Program-made: the position numbers and the translations under genes
Shown here: positions 20,182 to 32,121 of the stretch, in pieces
Position numbering within the stretch: position 1 is the stretch's first letter
How the letters are laid out: every line of letters starts with the position of its first letter
From: Nitrospinales bacterium
GTDB taxonomy: Bacteria; Nitrospinota; Nitrospinia; Nitrospinales; VA-1
DNA length: 64,000 bases
NCBI GenBank assembly: GCA_965223795.1
Contig: CBDCXL010000002.1
Location: 1,856,001 to 1,920,000, forward strand
Direction: 5' to 3'
Notes under the pieces: generated by a model
The model's database searches: none
The model's input: only the letters and a program-made list of their open reading frames with translations
What the model was told of the DNA's origin: nothing

Positions 20182-20463
20182 ATGGCACGATCGCTAAAAA
20201 AAGGTCCCTTCGTCGACGATCATCTCCTCAAGCGGATCGAGGAGATGAACCGGCACAACAATAAAAAAATCGTCAAAACGTGGTCCCGCCGGTCCACGGT
20301 GATCCCGGACTTTGTCGGGCACACGCTGGCGGTTCACAACGGGAAAAAATTCATCCCCGTGTTCGTCACCGAAAACATGGTGGGGCACAAACTCGGGGAA
20401 TTTTCTCCCACGCGCACGTTCCGGTCGCATGGCGGCAAGACCAAAAAGGCCCCGGCCAAATAA
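20182..20463 (+). CDS. rpsS: 30S ribosomal protein S19
   Basis: [23 protein letters not shown]. Confidence 0.98.
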   Translation: MARSLKKGPFVDDHLLKRIEEMNRHNNKKIVKTWSRRSTVIPDFVGHTLAVHNGKKFIPVFVTENMVGHKLGEFSPTRTFRSHGGKTKKAPAK

Positions 20464-20486
20464 CCATTCGTCGAGGGTGATCGATT

Positions 20487-20837
20487 ATGGCTACTGAAGC
20501 GAAAGAAGTGAGAGCGGTGCTCCGGCACACGCGGACCGCCCCGCGCAAGGCGCGGCTGGTGGCCGACATGATCCGCGGCCGCAACGTGAACGATGCGATC
20601 AACATTCTCACGTTCACGCGCAAGCGCGCGGCGCGCAAACTGCAGAAGCTGTTGAAATCCGCCATCGCCAACGCGGAAGAGAACCACAAGGTGCTGGATG
20701 TGGATGATCTCATCGTCAAGCGGATCATGGTCGATGAAGGCGTGACCTGGAAACGTTCCCTGCCGCGCGCGCGCGGCATGGCCACGGCGATTCGCAAGCG
20801 GACCAGCAACATCACGCTGGTTCTGGAAGAAAAATAA
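20487..20837 (+). CDS. rplV: 50S ribosomal protein L22
   Basis: APRKARLVADMIRG, PRARG..IRKRTS. Confidence 0.97.
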   Translation: MATEAKEVRAVLRHTRTAPRKARLVADMIRGRNVNDAINILTFTRKRAARKLQKLLKSAIANAEENHKVLDVDDLIVKRIMVDEGVTWKRSLPRARGMATAIRKRTSNITLVLEEK

Positions 20838-20852
20838 ACTCGGGAGAGCAAC

Positions 20853-21536
20853 GTGGGGCAGAAAGTACATCCATACGGATTCCGGCTCGGCTTCAATAAA
20901 ACGTGGACCTCTAACTGGTACGCCCGCAAGGACTATGCGGATTTTCTGGTGGAGGACATCAAGCTGAGAAATCACATCACTTCGTCCCTGTCGCACGCCG
21001 GGATTTCCAAGGTGGAGATCGAGCGCTCGGCAAACCGGGTCCGCATCAACATACACACCGCGCGTCCGGGCATCATCATCGGTAAAAAGGGTCTGGAAGT
21101 CGACAAGCTGAAGGAAGAGCTGCAGAAGGTGATGTCCGGAAAGCAGGTCAGCCTCAATATCAAAGAGGTGCGCCGGGGTGAGCTGGATGCGGCGCTGATC
21201 GCGCAGAACATCGCGCTGCAGCTGGAAAAACGCGTTTCTTTCCGCCGGGCGATGAAAAAAAGCGTCGTGTCGGCGCTTCGGTTCGGCGCGCAGGGGATCA
21301 AAATCCGCGTGTCGGGCAGGCTGGGCGGCGCGGAGATCGCGCGCAGCGAATGGTACCGGCAGGGCCGGGTGCCGCTGCACACACTGCGGGCGGACATCGA
21401 TTACGGCACGGCGCGGTCTAAAACCACCTTCGGAATCATCGGCGTGAAAGTGTGGGTGTACAAAGGCGACATTCTACCGGAGAAGGGGGAATCCGGTAAA
21501 ACGCCTTCCAAGGAAAACGAAGCGGAGGCGAGTTGA
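20853..21536 (+). CDS. rpsC: 30S ribosomal protein S3
   Basis: [36 protein letters not shown]. Confidence 0.98.
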   Translation: MGQKVHPYGFRLGFNKTWTSNWYARKDYADFLVEDIKLRNHITSSLSHAGISKVEIERSANRVRINIHTARPGIIIGKKGLEVDKLKEELQKVMSGKQVSLNIKEVRRGELDAALIAQNIALQLEKRVSFRRAMKKSVVSALRFGAQGIKIRVSGRLGGAEIARSEWYRQGRVPLHTLRADIDYGTARSKTTFGIIGVKVWVYKGDILPEKGESGKTPSKENEAEAS

Positions 21537-21610
21537 GCCTCAACCGCAGGAGCGCCGTGCGCGCTGCGAGAACTTTTTTAATATCTGTCTGAGCGTGGAG
21601 GGCCGGCATC

Positions 21611-22015
21611 ATGTTGATGCCCAAGAAAGTCAAATACAGAAAGCGTCACAAGGGCAAGATGCGCGGAACGGCGTTTCGCGGCGGAAACCTGAGCTTCGGT
21701 TCGTACGGCCTGCAGGCCTTAGAGTGCGGCTGGATCACCAACCGCCAGATCGAGGCGGCGCGTATCGCCATGACCCGCCATGTGAAGCGCGGCGGCAAGA
21801 TCTGGCTGCGCATCTTTCCGGACAAGCCGATTTCCAAAAAACCGGCTGAGACCCGCATGGGAAAAGGCAAGGGCAATCCCGAGTTCTGGGTCTGCGTGAT
21901 CAAGCCCGGACGGGTGCTTTACGAGATGGAAGGCGTGCCCGAGGACGTGGCGAAAGAGGCCTTCCGCCTGGCGGCGCACAAGCTGCCTCTCGGCACCAAA
22001 TTCATCACCAAGTGA
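21611..22015 (+). CDS. rplP: 50S ribosomal protein L16
   Basis: [18 protein letters not shown]. Confidence 0.98.
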   Translation: MLMPKKVKYRKRHKGKMRGTAFRGGNLSFGSYGLQALECGWITNRQIEAARIAMTRHVKRGGKIWLRIFPDKPISKKPAETRMGKGKGNPEFWVCVIKPGRVLYEMEGVPEDVAKEAFRLAAHKLPLGTKFITK

Positions 22016-22040
22016 TCAGCCGGGTCTAAGAGAGAACGAT

Positions 22041-22265
22041 ATGAAAGCCAGTGAAATCCGGGACCTCTCGGACAAGGAAAAAGAGGAAAAGGTGGCGGAC
22101 CTGCAGCAGGAGTACTTCAACCTGCAATTTCAGCTCGCCACCGGAAAGATCGAAAACCCGAGCCGGCTCAGGCTGATACGCAGGGACATCGCCCGGATCA
22201 AGACGGTCCAGAAGGAAATCGCGACCCAGGGTACGGCCGAGGAAAAAACGTCTTCGGGTTCCTGA
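22041..22265 (+). CDS. rpmC: 50S ribosomal protein L29
   Basis: IENPSRLRLIRRDIARIKT. Confidence 0.96.
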   Translation: MKASEIRDLSDKEKEEKVADLQQEYFNLQFQLATGKIENPSRLRLIRRDIARIKTVQKEIATQGTAEEKTSSGS

Positions 22266-22315
22266 GGGTCCACCGGCCGATGAGGTCAATTGAGTCAATG
22301 CTATAGGAGAGCCTG

Positions 22316-22597
22316 TTGGAAAGCACGCAGAAACGAAAAACGCTGACGGGAACGGTGATCAGCAACAAGATGGACAAAACGGTGGTGGTGGAAGTGCACA
22401 GGCGTTTCGCCCACCCCAAATTCAAGAAAGTGGTCACCTCGACATCGAAGTACATGGTTCACGACGAAAAGAACCAGTGCAACCCGGGTGATTTCATCAG
22501 CGTGTGCGAAACCCGGCCGCTCAGCAAACACAAGCGCTGGCGGCTGGTCGAGGTGCTTAAACCGGCCCTTCTGCCCGAGGCGGAGAGCGCGAAATGA
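22316..22597 (+). CDS. rpsQ: 30S ribosomal protein S17
   Basis: [21 protein letters not shown]. Confidence 0.97.
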   Translation: MESTQKRKTLTGTVISNKMDKTVVVEVHRRFAHPKFKKVVTSTSKYMVHDEKNQCNPGDFISVCETRPLSKHKRWRLVEVLKPALLPEAESAK

Positions 22598-22962
22598 TTC
22601 AACTGAGAACCGTGCTGGACGTTGCGGACAATTCCGGCGCCAAAACCGTGCAATGCATCAAAGTGCTTGGGGGCTCGAGACGGCGCTACGCCCGTGTCGG
22701 CGACATCATCGTCGTGGCGCTCAAGGAAGTGGAACCGCACGGCACGCTCAAAAAGGGCGACGTCAAGAAAGCGGTGGTGGTGCGCACGCGCAAGGAGATT
22801 CGCAGGAGCGAGGGCAGCTACATCAAATTCGACACCAACGCCGCGGTGCTCATCAACGATGCCAAGGAGCCTTTGGGCACACGCATCTTCGGGCCGGTTG
22901 CGCGTGAGCTTCGGGCCAAGCGCTACATGAAAATCCTTTCCCTCGCCCCGGAGGTGTTGTGA
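22594..22962 (+). CDS. rplN: 50S ribosomal protein L14
   Basis: [21 protein letters not shown]. Confidence 0.98.
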   Translation: MIQLRTVLDVADNSGAKTVQCIKVLGGSRRRYARVGDIIVVALKEVEPHGTLKKGDVKKAVVVRTRKEIRRSEGSYIKFDTNAAVLINDAKEPLGTRIFGPVARELRAKRYMKILSLAPEVL

Positions 22963-23300
22963 TGGTGAGTGCGACCGGAAAAATCCGCCTTAAAAAAGAC
23001 GACATCGTCGAGGTCATCTCCGGCAGGGAGAAGGGCAAAAAGGGCAAGGTGCTTGCGATCCTGCCGGAAGAGGCCAGCGTGAAGGTGGAAAAGCTCAACA
23101 TGTATAAGCGGCACATGAAGGGCGACGGCAAGACTCGCCAGGCCGGGATCGTCGAGCAGGAAGGTAAAATTCACATTTCCAACGTGCTTCTGGTTTGCGA
23201 TAAATGCGGCAAGGGCGTGCGCACGAGACGCAAAACGCTGGAAGACGGAAAACGGGTCCGCACCTGTTCCAAGTGCGGGGAAGTGATCGATAAGGTTTGA
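22962..23300 (+). CDS. rplX: 50S ribosomal protein L24
   Basis: KOW motif [18 protein letters not shown]-terminal CxxC...CxxC. Confidence 0.97.
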   Translation: MVSATGKIRLKKDDIVEVISGREKGKKGKVLAILPEEASVKVEKLNMYKRHMKGDGKTRQAGIVEQEGKIHISNVLLVCDKCGKGVRTRRKTLEDGKRVRTCSKCGEVIDKV

Positions 23301-23301
23301 C

Positions 23302-23841
23302 ATGGCCAATCTGAAGACCGCCTACAAAGAAAAATACCGGGACCTCATCCAGAAAGAGCTGGGCCTGGAAAACGTCATGCAGGTTCCGCGCATGGAAAAG
23401 ATCGTCGTCAACATGGGGCTCGGAGAGGCGCTGCAAAACGCGAAGCTGATCGATTCGGGAATCGATCAGCTCAGGATCATTACCGGGCAACAGCCGGTGG
23501 TCACCAAGGCGAAAAAATCCATCTCCAATTTCAAGCTCCGGGAGGGGGTGCCCATCGGGCTTCGGGTCACGCTTCGGGGCAATCGCATGTACGAATTCTT
23601 CGAACGTTTCGTGTCGTTCGCCCTGCCGCGGGTGCGCGACTTCAAAGGGCTTTCTCCCAAAGCGTTCGATGGACGCGGCAACTACACGGTGGGGCTTAAA
23701 GAGCAGTTGATTTTTCCCGAAATCAATTTCGATAAAATCGAAAAGATCAAGGGAATGAACATCACCATCTGCACAACCGCCAAAACGGATCAGGAAGGCA
23801 AAAGCCTCCTGACCCATATGGGTCTGCCTCTCAGGAAGTAG
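23302..23841 (+). CDS. rplE: 50S ribosomal protein L5
   Basis: [26 protein letters not shown]. Confidence 0.98.
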   Translation: MANLKTAYKEKYRDLIQKELGLENVMQVPRMEKIVVNMGLGEALQNAKLIDSGIDQLRIITGQQPVVTKAKKSISNFKLREGVPIGLRVTLRGNRMYEFFERFVSFALPRVRDFKGLSPKAFDGRGNYTVGLKEQLIFPEINFDKIEKIKGMNITICTTAKTDQEGKSLLTHMGLPLRK

Positions 23842-23862
23842 AGCTTAAGAGAAAGAGCAACC

Positions 23863-24048
23863 ATGGCCAAAAAATCTTTGATCGCCAAATCGCAACGGAA
23901 ACAGAAGTTCGAGGTGCGCGCTTACAACCGGTGCCGTGTCTGCGGACGGCCGCGCGGGTTTTTGCGTAAATTCGGCATGTGCCGGATCTGTTTTCGGGAG
24001 CGTGCGCTGCGCGGAGAAATCCCCGGCGTCACCAAAGCGAGCTGGTGA
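23863..24048 (+). CDS. rpsZ: 30S ribosomal protein S14, short Zn-binding type
   Basis: 61 aa, RCRVCGR...CRICFR. Confidence 0.96.
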   Translation: MAKKSLIAKSQRKQKFEVRAYNRCRVCGRPRGFLRKFGMCRICFRERALRGEIPGVTKASW

Positions 24049-24074
24049 TCTCTTTAATTTAACAGGAACTGTCT

Positions 24075-24470
24075 ATGTCGATGACCGATCCTATCGCGGA
24101 TCTTTTCACACGCATTCGAAACAGCCTTATGGTCCATCAGGATAAAGTGGACCTTCCCAATTCCAGGATAAAAACGCGGATTGCGGAAATTCTTAAGGAA
24201 GAAGGCTACATCAAAAACTTTCGCGTTTACGAGGACAACAAGCAGGGCGTTCTCAGGCTGTACCACAAATACAAAAACGACGATCCGGTCATTCAGGGAA
24301 TCAAAAGGGTCAGCCGGCCCGGCCGCCGCTCCTACGTGGGGCGGGATGAGGTTCCCAAAGTGTTGAACGGGCTTGGGACCGCAATCATATCGACCTCTTC
24401 CGGAGTGCTCACCGATCAGGAATGCCGCAAACAAGGCGTCGGCGGTGAAGTGATCGGTTATATCTGGTGA
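24075..24470 (+). CDS. rpsH: 30S ribosomal protein S8
   Basis: [26 protein letters not shown]. Confidence 0.98.
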   Translation: MSMTDPIADLFTRIRNSLMVHQDKVDLPNSRIKTRIAEILKEEGYIKNFRVYEDNKQGVLRLYHKYKNDDPVIQGIKRVSRPGRRSYVGRDEVPKVLNGLGTAIISTSSGVLTDQECRKQGVGGEVIGYIW

Positions 24471-24473
24471 CGT

Positions 24474-25025
24474 ATGTCTAGAATCGGAAAACTTCCCGTC
24501 AAAATACCTTCGGGAGTGGACTGCAAGTCCGAGGGTGCGTTGCTCAAGGTCAAGGGGCCGAAAGGGCAGCTTGAATTCAGCGTGCATCCCAACATGAAGC
24601 TGGAGTTTGCGGACGGCGAAATCCGCGTTGTCCGGCCGACCGACGGAAGAACGGACCGCTCTCTGCACGGGTTGACCCGCAGCCTGATCAACAACATGGT
24701 CACCGGCGTGTCGCAGGGTTTCTCCAAAGAGCTCAATGTGGTCGGCGTCGGCTACCGGGTCGAGCTCAAGGGAAAGAATCTGGTGCTCAACCTGGGCTAC
24801 TCGCATCCCATCGAGTTTCCCGCTCCAAAGGGCGTGGAGTTTGAAGTCGACAGTAAGAAAAATACCATCGTGGTCAAGGGGATCGACAAGCAGAAAGTCG
24901 GGCAGGCCGCCGCGGAGATCCGCGAGTTCAGGCCGCCGGAACCGTACAAGGGCAAGGGTGTGATGTATTCCACCGAACGGATACGCAGAAAGGCCGGCAA
25001 GGCCGCAGCAGGAGCCAAGACCTGA
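24474..25025 (+). CDS. rplF: 50S ribosomal protein L6
   Basis: MSRIGKLP, LGYSHP, RPPEPYKGKG. Confidence 0.98.
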   Translation: MSRIGKLPVKIPSGVDCKSEGALLKVKGPKGQLEFSVHPNMKLEFADGEIRVVRPTDGRTDRSLHGLTRSLINNMVTGVSQGFSKELNVVGVGYRVELKGKNLVLNLGYSHPIEFPAPKGVEFEVDSKKNTIVVKGIDKQKVGQAAAEIREFRPPEPYKGKGVMYSTERIRRKAGKAAAGAKT

Positions 25026-25027
25026 TC

Positions 25028-25393
25028 ATGAAACAAGTAGAACGACAGCGGTTGCGCGAGAGACGAAAAATCGGCGTGAAGCACAAGGTGCAGAACAACC
25101 CAGACCGGTTGCGGCTCACTGTGTTCAAAAGCATCAATCATATTTACGCCCAGATCATCGACGACAGGCAGGGCAAGACGCTCGCTTCCGCGTCCTCCCT
25201 TTCACCGGCGTTCAAGGAAAAAATGAAAACGGGGGGCAATGTCGAAGCGGCGAAGCTGGTGGGAAGCCTCATCGGAGAGCAGGCTTCCAAAAACGGCATC
25301 AAACAGGTTTATTACGACCGCAACGGTTTCAAATACACCGGCAGGGTCCGCGCACTGGCGGACGCGGTGCGGGAAAAGGGAGTGAAATTTTAA
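25028..25393 (+). CDS. rplR: 50S ribosomal protein L18
   Basis: [30 protein letters not shown]. Confidence 0.97.
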   Translation: MKQVERQRLRERRKIGVKHKVQNNPDRLRLTVFKSINHIYAQIIDDRQGKTLASASSLSPAFKEKMKTGGNVEAAKLVGSLIGEQASKNGIKQVYYDRNGFKYTGRVRALADAVREKGVKF

Positions 25394-25441
25394 TCGCAGC
25401 TGTTTTTGGGTTGCGCCGAAGGATGAGGACGGGAGGATTCC

Positions 25442-25951
25442 TTGCAAGACAGATACACAGACAACAAACAGGAACTGGTCGATAAAGTTGTCCGCATCAA
25501 CCGCGTGGCCAAAGTGGTCAAGGGCGGCCGCAGGTTCAGCTTCAGCGCACTGGTTGTGGTCGGCAACCGGGAAGGCGAAGTCGGCTGGGGTCTGGGCAAA
25601 GCCAACGAGGTTCCCGAGGCCATCCGCAAGGGCGTTGAAAAAGCTAAAAAGAACATGGTGCGGATCCGCTTGGACGGTTCCACCATTCCGCATGAGGTGA
25701 TCGGGGCCTACGGCGCCGGACGGGTGCTTTTGAAACCGGCCTCCCGCGGAACCGGGCTGATCGCCGGCGGCGCGGTGCGCGCGGTGCTGGAAGCGGTGGG
25801 GGTGCGGGATATCCTGACCAAATGCCTGCGCACCAACAATCCGCACAATGTGGTGAAAGCCACGATTCAGGGGTTGCAATCCCTTCACGATGCAAAACAG
25901 TTTTCCGCCATGCGCGGCAAAGCGGTTGAAGCGACTTCAGCGACGGAATGA
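25442..25951 (+). CDS. rpsE: 30S ribosomal protein S5
   Basis: [25 protein letters not shown]. Confidence 0.98.
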   Translation: MQDRYTDNKQELVDKVVRINRVAKVVKGGRRFSFSALVVVGNREGEVGWGLGKANEVPEAIRKGVEKAKKNMVRIRLDGSTIPHEVIGAYGAGRVLLKPASRGTGLIAGGAVRAVLEAVGVRDILTKCLRTNNPHNVVKATIQGLQSLHDAKQFSAMRGKAVEATSATE

Positions 25952-25955
25952 AACG

Positions 25956-26396
25956 ATGATCACACTGTCCAATTTGAAGACGGCGCCGGGCGTGAAGAAA
26001 AACCGCAAGCGCATCGGGCGCGGCATCGGTTCAGGAACCGGCAAGACCTCCGGCAAAGGTCAGAAGGGCCAGAAAAGCCGGTCCGGAGGAAACCCGCATC
26101 CCTGGTTCGAGGGCGGGCAGATGCCCTTGCAGCGGCGGCTGCCGAAACGCGGATTCAACAATATCTTCAAGACGCATTACGAGATCGTGAATCTCGGCCA
26201 GCTTGACAAGGTTCCCAAGGATCAGCCGATCACTGCGGACGTGCTCAGAAAGCAGGGATTGATCCGCAAGACCGGCAAGGTGAAGATTCTGGGGCATGGG
26301 GAATGGACGCAGGCCGCGACGATCCATGCCGCGAAATTCAGCAAGTCCGCCTTGGAAAAAATCGAAAAGTCTGGAGGAAAGGCCGTAATCGAATAA
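25956..26396 (+). CDS. rplO: 50S ribosomal protein L15
   Basis: RIGRGIGSGTGKT, FEGGQMPLQRRLPKRGF; ATG 4 nt after the rpsE stop. Confidence 0.97.
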   Translation: MITLSNLKTAPGVKKNRKRIGRGIGSGTGKTSGKGQKGQKSRSGGNPHPWFEGGQMPLQRRLPKRGFNNIFKTHYEIVNLGQLDKVPKDQPITADVLRKQGLIRKTGKVKILGHGEWTQAATIHAAKFSKSALEKIEKSGGKAVIE

Positions 26397-27713
26397 ATGA
26401 GTGGCGCGCAAGCTTTTGGCAATATATTCAGAGTTCCCGAACTCAAGCGGAGAGTCTTGTTCACTCTGGGAATTCTCGTTGTCTACCGCATCGGCGCGCA
26501 CATTCCCACGCCCGGCATCGATTCGGAAGCGCTCGGCGAACTGTTCGCCATGGCGCAGGGGACGATTCTCGGTTTTTTCAATATGTTTTCAGGCGGGGCG
26601 CTGAGCCGTCTTTCCATCTTCGCCCTGGGCATCATGCCTTACATCAGCGCGTCCATCATTCTGCAGCTGATGACGATCGTTTCGCCCTATCTTGCGCGCC
26701 TGAAAAAAGAAGGTGAGCAGGGGCAGAAAAAGATCACGCAATACACGCGGTACGGAACCATCGGTCTCAGCCTGATTCAGGGATCGGGCATCGCGGTGGG
26801 ACTGGAAGCGATGCGCAGCCCGGCCGGCAGCCTGATCGTTCCGACACCGGGATGGTCGTTTCGAATGATGGCGGTGCTGACGCTCACCGCGGGCACGGCG
26901 TTTCTGATGTGGCTGGGCGAGCAGATCACGGAACGGGGTATCGGCAACGGCATCTCGCTCATCATCTTCGCCGGGATCGTCGCGGGAACTCCGGCGGCGA
27001 TCTTCCAGTCGATGGACCTCATGGGCACGGGCGAGTTGTCCGTCCTGGTGATGCTGATGCTGGTGGTGCTGATGATCGCGGTGGTGGGAGCGATCGTTTT
27101 CACGGAAGGCGGTCAGCGGAGGATTCCGATCCAGTATGCGAAGCGCATGGTCGGAAGGAAAATGTACGGAGGGCAGAGCACGCATCTGCCGCTCAAGGTC
27201 AACACTTCGGGCGTCATTCCTCCTATTTTCGCCTCGTCCATCATCATGTTTCCGGCGACGATCGCGCAGTTCATCAGCCATCCCTGGATGCAGACGGTGT
27301 CCGGCTGGCTGACACCGGGCACGATCATTTACAGCATGCTGTTTGTCGGCGCGATCTTTTTCTTTTGTTATTTTTACACGGCGGTCATCTTCAACCCGGT
27401 GGATGTCGCCGACAACATGAAAAAACACGGCGGCTACATACCGGGGATTCGCCCCGGAGCGAAGACCTCCGAGTACATCGATCAGATCCTTTCCAGGATC
27501 ACGTTTTACGGAGCGTGCTATCTTTCTTTGGTCTGCATATTGCCGGATTATTTGATAAAATACTTCAACATTCCATTTTACTTTGGTGGGACGAGCCTTT
27601 TGATCGTCGTCGGCGTGTCGCTGGACACCATGCAGCAGATCGAATCCCATCTCGTCATGAGAAATTACGATGGATTCGTCAAGAAGGGAAGATTGAAGGG
27701 CCGTCGAGGCTGA
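26397..27713 (+). CDS. secY: Preprotein translocase subunit SecY
   Basis: [36 protein letters not shown]. Confidence 0.98.
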   Translation: MSGAQAFGNIFRVPELKRRVLFTLGILVVYRIGAHIPTPGIDSEALGELFAMAQGTILGFFNMFSGGALSRLSIFALGIMPYISASIILQLMTIVSPYLARLKKEGEQGQKKITQYTRYGTIGLSLIQGSGIAVGLEAMRSPAGSLIVPTPGWSFRMMAVLTLTAGTAFLMWLGEQITERGIGNGISLIIFAGIVAGTPAAIFQSMDLMGTGELSVLVMLMLVVLMIAVVGAIVFTEGGQRRIPIQYAKRMVGRKMYGGQSTHLPLKVNTSGVIPPIFASSIIMFPATIAQFISHPWMQTVSGWLTPGTIIYSMLFVGAIFFFCYFYTAVIFNPVDVADNMKKHGGYIPGIRPGAKTSEYIDQILSRITFYGACYLSLVCILPDYLIKYFNIPFYFGGTSLLIVVGVSLDTMQQIESHLVMRNYDGFVKKGRLKGRRG

Positions 27714-27716
27714 TCC

Positions 27717-28358
27717 ATGAGGGTGATTTTATTAGGTCCGCCGGGTGCGGGGAAGGGCACTCAGGCGAAGATGCTGAAGGAAAAGTTTCAGATTCCTCAG
27801 ATCTCAACAGGGGATATTCTGAGGAATGCGGTGAAAAACGGCACGCCGCTCGGAGCCAAAGCAAAATCGTATATGGATGCCGGCAGGCTGGTTCCCGACG
27901 ACGTTGTCATCGAACTTATAAAAGAACGCATCAAGGATCCGGATTGCAAGGACGGATTCATCCTCGACGGATTTCCGAGGACGATCGTTCAGGCCGAAAA
28001 ACTGGCTGAGACCGTGCAGGAGATGGGGCTCACCATCGACACGGTGATCGATTTTGAGGTCGACGCGGATGTGTTGATCGACCGCCTCACCGGCAGAAGC
28101 ACCTGCCCCAACTGCGGGGCCATGTTTCATTCGGAGTCACGGCCGCCGAAAAACAAGGGCGTCTGCGATTTTTGCGGTACCGCGCTGTACCAGAGGCCCG
28201 ACGACAATAAGGACACGATTCTCAAACGGCTTGAGGTTTACGAAAAGGAAACCGCTCCCCTGAAGGATTTTTACAAGAAGCAGGGTAACCTCAAGACGCT
28301 GGAGGGTCGGGGGTCAGCGGAGGCCATTTTTTCCCAGGTTTGTTCTATGGTGTCTTGA
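27717..28358 (+). CDS. adk: Adenylate kinase (Zn-lid type)
   Basis: GPPGAGKGTQA, LDGFPRT, lid CPNCG...CDFCG. Confidence 0.97.
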   Translation: MRVILLGPPGAGKGTQAKMLKEKFQIPQISTGDILRNAVKNGTPLGAKAKSYMDAGRLVPDDVVIELIKERIKDPDCKDGFILDGFPRTIVQAEKLAETVQEMGLTIDTVIDFEVDADVLIDRLTGRSTCPNCGAMFHSESRPPKNKGVCDFCGTALYQRPDDNKDTILKRLEVYEKETAPLKDFYKKQGNLKTLEGRGSAEAIFSQVCSMVS

Positions 28359-28462
28359 GGGCGTCTAATAAAAATTGCGTTTGGCCACGAGGACCCCTTA
28401 TGAAATAAGGGGGACGAGTTGCCAGCCCAAGAAATATTGAACAATTAGAAGTTCCTTTAAAT

Positions 28463-28681
28463 ATGTCAAAAGAAGAATCGATCGAAGTCGAAGGAACGGT
28501 GTTGGAGCCTCTGCCCAATGCCATGTTCCGGGTGGAGCTTGAAAACGGTCATAAAATTCTGGCCCACATTTCAGGCAAGATGCGGCTGCATTTCATCCGC
28601 ATCCTGTCCGGGGACAAGGTGAAAGTGCAGCTTTCCCCCTACGACCTCACCCGGGGACGGATCACATACCGTTACAAATAA
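28463..28681 (+). CDS. infA: Translation initiation factor IF-1
   Basis: [23 protein letters not shown]. Confidence 0.98.
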   Translation: MSKEESIEVEGTVLEPLPNAMFRVELENGHKILAHISGKMRLHFIRILSGDKVKVQLSPYDLTRGRITYRYK

Positions 28682-28744
28682 GGGCCGCGCATCCCCGCAT
28701 GCATCGCGGGCACGCGCTATCCCTCATTGAGTGAGACTTGAACA

Positions 28745-28858
28745 ATGAAAGTCAGAGCATCGGTCAAACCGATATGCATGAAATGCAAAGTGATACGAAG
28801 GCGCGGGGTGGTGCGCGTGATTTGCGAGAACCCCAAGCACAAGCAGCGCCAGGGATGA
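28745..28858 (+). CDS. rpmJ: 50S ribosomal protein L36 (Zn-binding form)
   Basis: Hand translation [37 protein letters not shown] (37 aa, not in the ORF track). Confidence 0.97.
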   Translation: MKVRASVKPICMKCKVIRRRGVVRVICENPKHKQRQG

Positions 28859-28920
28859 ACGCCGAAGCCCCCCGGGTTTCGGTCTTATGATGTTTTTCGT
28901 AAACAGTTGAAGGAGAGACG

Positions 28921-29295
28921 GTGGCACGCATTGCGGGAGTCGACATTCCAAAAGACAAGCGGGCTGTGATCGCGTTGACCTACATCTACGGCATCGGCAA
29001 ATCCACAGCGGGAGACATTCTGAAAAAAGCCGATGTGTCGCAGGAGATCCGGATGAAGGATCTGACGGAAGACGAAGTCTCGCGCATCCGCTCCATCATC
29101 GACAAGGAATACGAGGTGGAGGGGGATCTCAGGCGCGATTTGAACATGAGCATCAAACGGCTGATGGACATCGGAAGCTACCGGGGGCTGCGGCACCGCA
29201 AGGGGCTGCCGGTGCGCGGTCAGCGTTCCCATACCAACGCCAGAACCCGCAAGGGGCCGAAAAAGACCGTGGGATCGCGGGCGGCGAAAAAATAA
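28921..29295 (+). CDS. rpsM: 30S ribosomal protein S13
   Basis: [27 protein letters not shown]. Confidence 0.98.
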   Translation: MARIAGVDIPKDKRAVIALTYIYGIGKSTAGDILKKADVSQEIRMKDLTEDEVSRIRSIIDKEYEVEGDLRRDLNMSIKRLMDIGSYRGLRHRKGLPVRGQRSHTNARTRKGPKKTVGSRAAKK

Positions 29296-29314
29296 ACTTT
29301 GAGGACACACATTC

Positions 29315-29713
29315 ATGGCGGATAAAGGCAAAGCGGGTCGATCTGGAAAAAAGAAACAAAAGAGCGCTCCTGAAACAGGAGTCGCGCATATCCAGGCCAC
29401 GTTCAACAACACCATCGTCACCATCAGCGACACGTCGGGAAACGTCATCGCCTGGTCCAGCGCCGGCGCCCAGGGGTTCAAGGGGTCGCGCAAGAGTACG
29501 CCGTTCGCGGCGCAGGTGGCTGCCGACAAGGTGGCGCAGAAGGCCAAGGACATGGGCATGCGCAAACTGGAAGTGCACGTGAAAGGCCCCGGTTCCGGCC
29601 GGGAATCCGCCATTCGCTCTTTGCAGGCCGCGGGAATGGAGATCATCGTGATCCGGGACAAGACTCCCATTCCGCACAATGGCTGCCGTCCCCGAAAACG
29701 GAGACGGGTTTGA
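29315..29713 (+). CDS. rpsK: 30S ribosomal protein S11
   Basis: [24 protein letters not shown]. Confidence 0.98.
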   Translation: MADKGKAGRSGKKKQKSAPETGVAHIQATFNNTIVTISDTSGNVIAWSSAGAQGFKGSRKSTPFAAQVAADKVAQKAKDMGMRKLEVHVKGPGSGRESAIRSLQAAGMEIIVIRDKTPIPHNGCRPRKRRRV

Positions 29714-29754
29714 TCTTTCATCATATTTTAAATTATTAAATCGGGAGAAATCAC

Positions 29755-30381
29755 TTGGCAAGGTATACGGGTTCGGTTTGTCGGTTGTGCCGAAGGGAAG
29801 GGATCAAGCTTTTTTTGAAGGGTTCGCGTTGCGAATCCGCCAAATGCGCCATCGACAAACGGGCGTACGTTCCCGGCCAGCACGGTCAGGGAAGGAAAAA
29901 GTTTTCCGAATACGGCGTCCAGCTTCGAGAGAAACAAAAGGTGAAGCGTTTTTACGGCGTGCTGGAAAAACAATTCCGGATCTACTTCGCCGCGGCCGAG
30001 CGCAAAAAGGGCGTCACCGGCGAGAACCTTCTGCAGAACCTGGAGCTGAGACTGGACAACGTGGTCTACCGCATGGGGCTGGGTGCATCCCGCAATGCGG
30101 CCCGACAGCTGGTGCGGCACAATCATTTCACCGTCAATGGAAAGCGGGTCAACATTCCCTCCTACATTCTCAAACAGGGGGACGTGATCGCCCCGAACGA
30201 GAGAAAACTTTCCAAAGCCCCCATCAAGGCGGCGCTGGAAAGGATGAAGGACAAGACGCTCCCGCATTGGCTTTCTTTCGATACCGACAGCAAGCAGGGT
30301 ATCGTGCAGTCTTTACCGACGCGAGAAGACATCACCATTCCTATAGAAGAGCAGTTGATCGTCGAGCTGTATTCTCGCTGA
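29755..30381 (+). CDS. rpsD: 30S ribosomal protein S4 (Zn-binding form)
   Basis: CRLCRREG...C...[20 protein letters not shown]. Confidence 0.98.
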   Translation: MARYTGSVCRLCRREGIKLFLKGSRCESAKCAIDKRAYVPGQHGQGRKKFSEYGVQLREKQKVKRFYGVLEKQFRIYFAAAERKKGVTGENLLQNLELRLDNVVYRMGLGASRNAARQLVRHNHFTVNGKRVNIPSYILKQGDVIAPNERKLSKAPIKAALERMKDKTLPHWLSFDTDSKQGIVQSLPTREDITIPIEEQLIVELYSR

Positions 30382-30461
30382 CCGTCATTCGCATTCAGCA
30401 GGTTTATCGTTAATAACACTATTATTAATGGTTCCTCGATAAAGAAATCACCGGAGGCTTC

Positions 30462-31490
30462 ATGTTCACAGCCCAGGGAATTGTCAAACCCAAGCGACTG
30501 GAATTCGACAAAAAAAATAAAACTTCATTTTACGGGAAATTTGTGGCCGGTCCGTTCGAACGCGGATACGGCGTGACCATCGGAAATTCTCTGAGAAGGA
30601 TGCTGCTTTCCTCCATCGAGGGGGCGGCGATCGTGGGGGTCAAGTTCGAAGGCATCTACCACGAGTTTTCATCGGTTCCCGGCGTCATTGAGGACGTGAC
30701 GGAAATCATCCTCAATCTCAAACAGGTCAACCTGCGCCTGTCCGGTGAAGCGGCGGAGAAGCGGATCTATCTCAAGAAGGAAACGCCCGGCAAGGTGACG
30801 GCGGCGGACATCACGGCGGATCCGGATGTGGAAATCCTCAATCAGGATCACTACATCGCGACCATCGACCAGAACGGTTCCCTGAACATGGAGATGATCG
30901 TGCAGAAAGGCCGCGGCTACGTTCCGGCGGAGCGGCAGGGGCTGGACGACGAGGCGGTGCAGATGATTCCGATGGACGCGATCTATTCCCCCATCGAGAA
31001 AGTCAGCTATCATGTCGAGAACACGCGCGTCGGCCAGTCGACCGATTACGACCAGCTGGTCATGGAGCTTTGGACCAACGGCGGGATCACGCCGGACGAT
31101 GCGGTGGCGCACGCGGCCAAGATCGTCAAGGACCACATGCAGATCTTCATCAATTTCGATGAAGAGCCGGAACCGGTGCAGCCGCAGATCGACGAGAAAA
31201 AGCAGAAAATGCTCAGCAACATGGCGAAGTGCGTGGAGGAACTGGAGCTTTCCGTGCGGTCTTACAACTGCCTCAAAAACGCAAACATCCAGACCATCGC
31301 CGAGCTGGTGCAAAAGACCGATTCGGAAATGCTCAAAACGCGCAACTTCGGCCGCAAATCGCTGAATGAGATCAAGGAGATCCTGGAAGACATGGGATTG
31401 TACCTGGGCATGAAGGTCGATGAGGAGGATCTCAAGCAGATCAGCCAGGCCAGAAAGAAAAAGGAAATCGAAACGGATATCGTGGGCTGA
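30462..31490 (+). CDS. rpoA: DNA-directed RNA polymerase subunit alpha
   Basis: [38 protein letters not shown]. Confidence 0.98.
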   Translation: MFTAQGIVKPKRLEFDKKNKTSFYGKFVAGPFERGYGVTIGNSLRRMLLSSIEGAAIVGVKFEGIYHEFSSVPGVIEDVTEIILNLKQVNLRLSGEAAEKRIYLKKETPGKVTAADITADPDVEILNQDHYIATIDQNGSLNMEMIVQKGRGYVPAERQGLDDEAVQMIPMDAIYSPIEKVSYHVENTRVGQSTDYDQLVMELWTNGGITPDDAVAHAAKIVKDHMQIFINFDEEPEPVQPQIDEKKQKMLSNMAKCVEELELSVRSYNCLKNANIQTIAELVQKTDSEMLKTRNFGRKSLNEIKEILEDMGLYLGMKVDEEDLKQISQARKKKEIETDIVG

Positions 31491-31530
31491 CTCCGGTATC
31501 CCGCACTCTTATCAGGAAAGCCACTGACTT

Positions 31531-32121
31531 ATGCGTCATTTGAAAGCCGGCAGGAAATTCGGCAGGACCACCGCGCACCGCAAGGCACTGTTTCGCAATA
31601 TGGTGACCGCTCTGCTTGAGCGGGAGAGAATCCGCACCACGCTGCCCAAAGCCAAGGAACTGCGCAGTAAGGTGGAAAAAACCATCACGCTCGGCAAGAA
31701 GGGCACGCTGCATGCGCGTCGGATGGCGTTTCGCACTGTGAGCGACAAAGCGGTGGTGCAGAAGCTGTTCGGTCCGCTGGCGGAGCGTTACGCCAAGCGC
31801 AACGGCGGCTACACGCGTATCATCCGCCTGGGGAACCGGATGGGCGACGACGCGCCGATGGCTTTCATCGAGCTTGTGGGTGAAGACGAGCCTGCGGTGA
31901 AGGAAACCAAACCCAAGGCAAAAGCCAAGGCGAAACCCAAAAAGGAATCCGAAGCCGCTCCCAAGCAAGCGAAAACGGCGAAGAAAAAAGAGACCGAGGC
32001 AAAAGCCGCAAAGCCCAAAAAGGCGGCGTCCAAAAAAGCGGAAACGAAAGAAACCCAAAAAGCGGACGCAAAACCGAAAAAAGCCGCCGCCCCGAAAAAA
32101 GCGGACAAAGAAGAGAAATAG
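31531..32121 (+). CDS. rplQ: 50S ribosomal protein L17 with a Lys/Ala-rich C-terminal extension
   Basis: [32 protein letters not shown], then a ~78-aa low-complexity tail. Confidence 0.97.
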   Translation: MRHLKAGRKFGRTTAHRKALFRNMVTALLERERIRTTLPKAKELRSKVEKTITLGKKGTLHARRMAFRTVSDKAVVQKLFGPLAERYAKRNGGYTRIIRLGNRMGDDAPMAFIELVGEDEPAVKETKPKAKAKAKPKKESEAAPKQAKTAKKKETEAKAAKPKKAASKKAETKETQKADAKPKKAAAPKKADKEEK

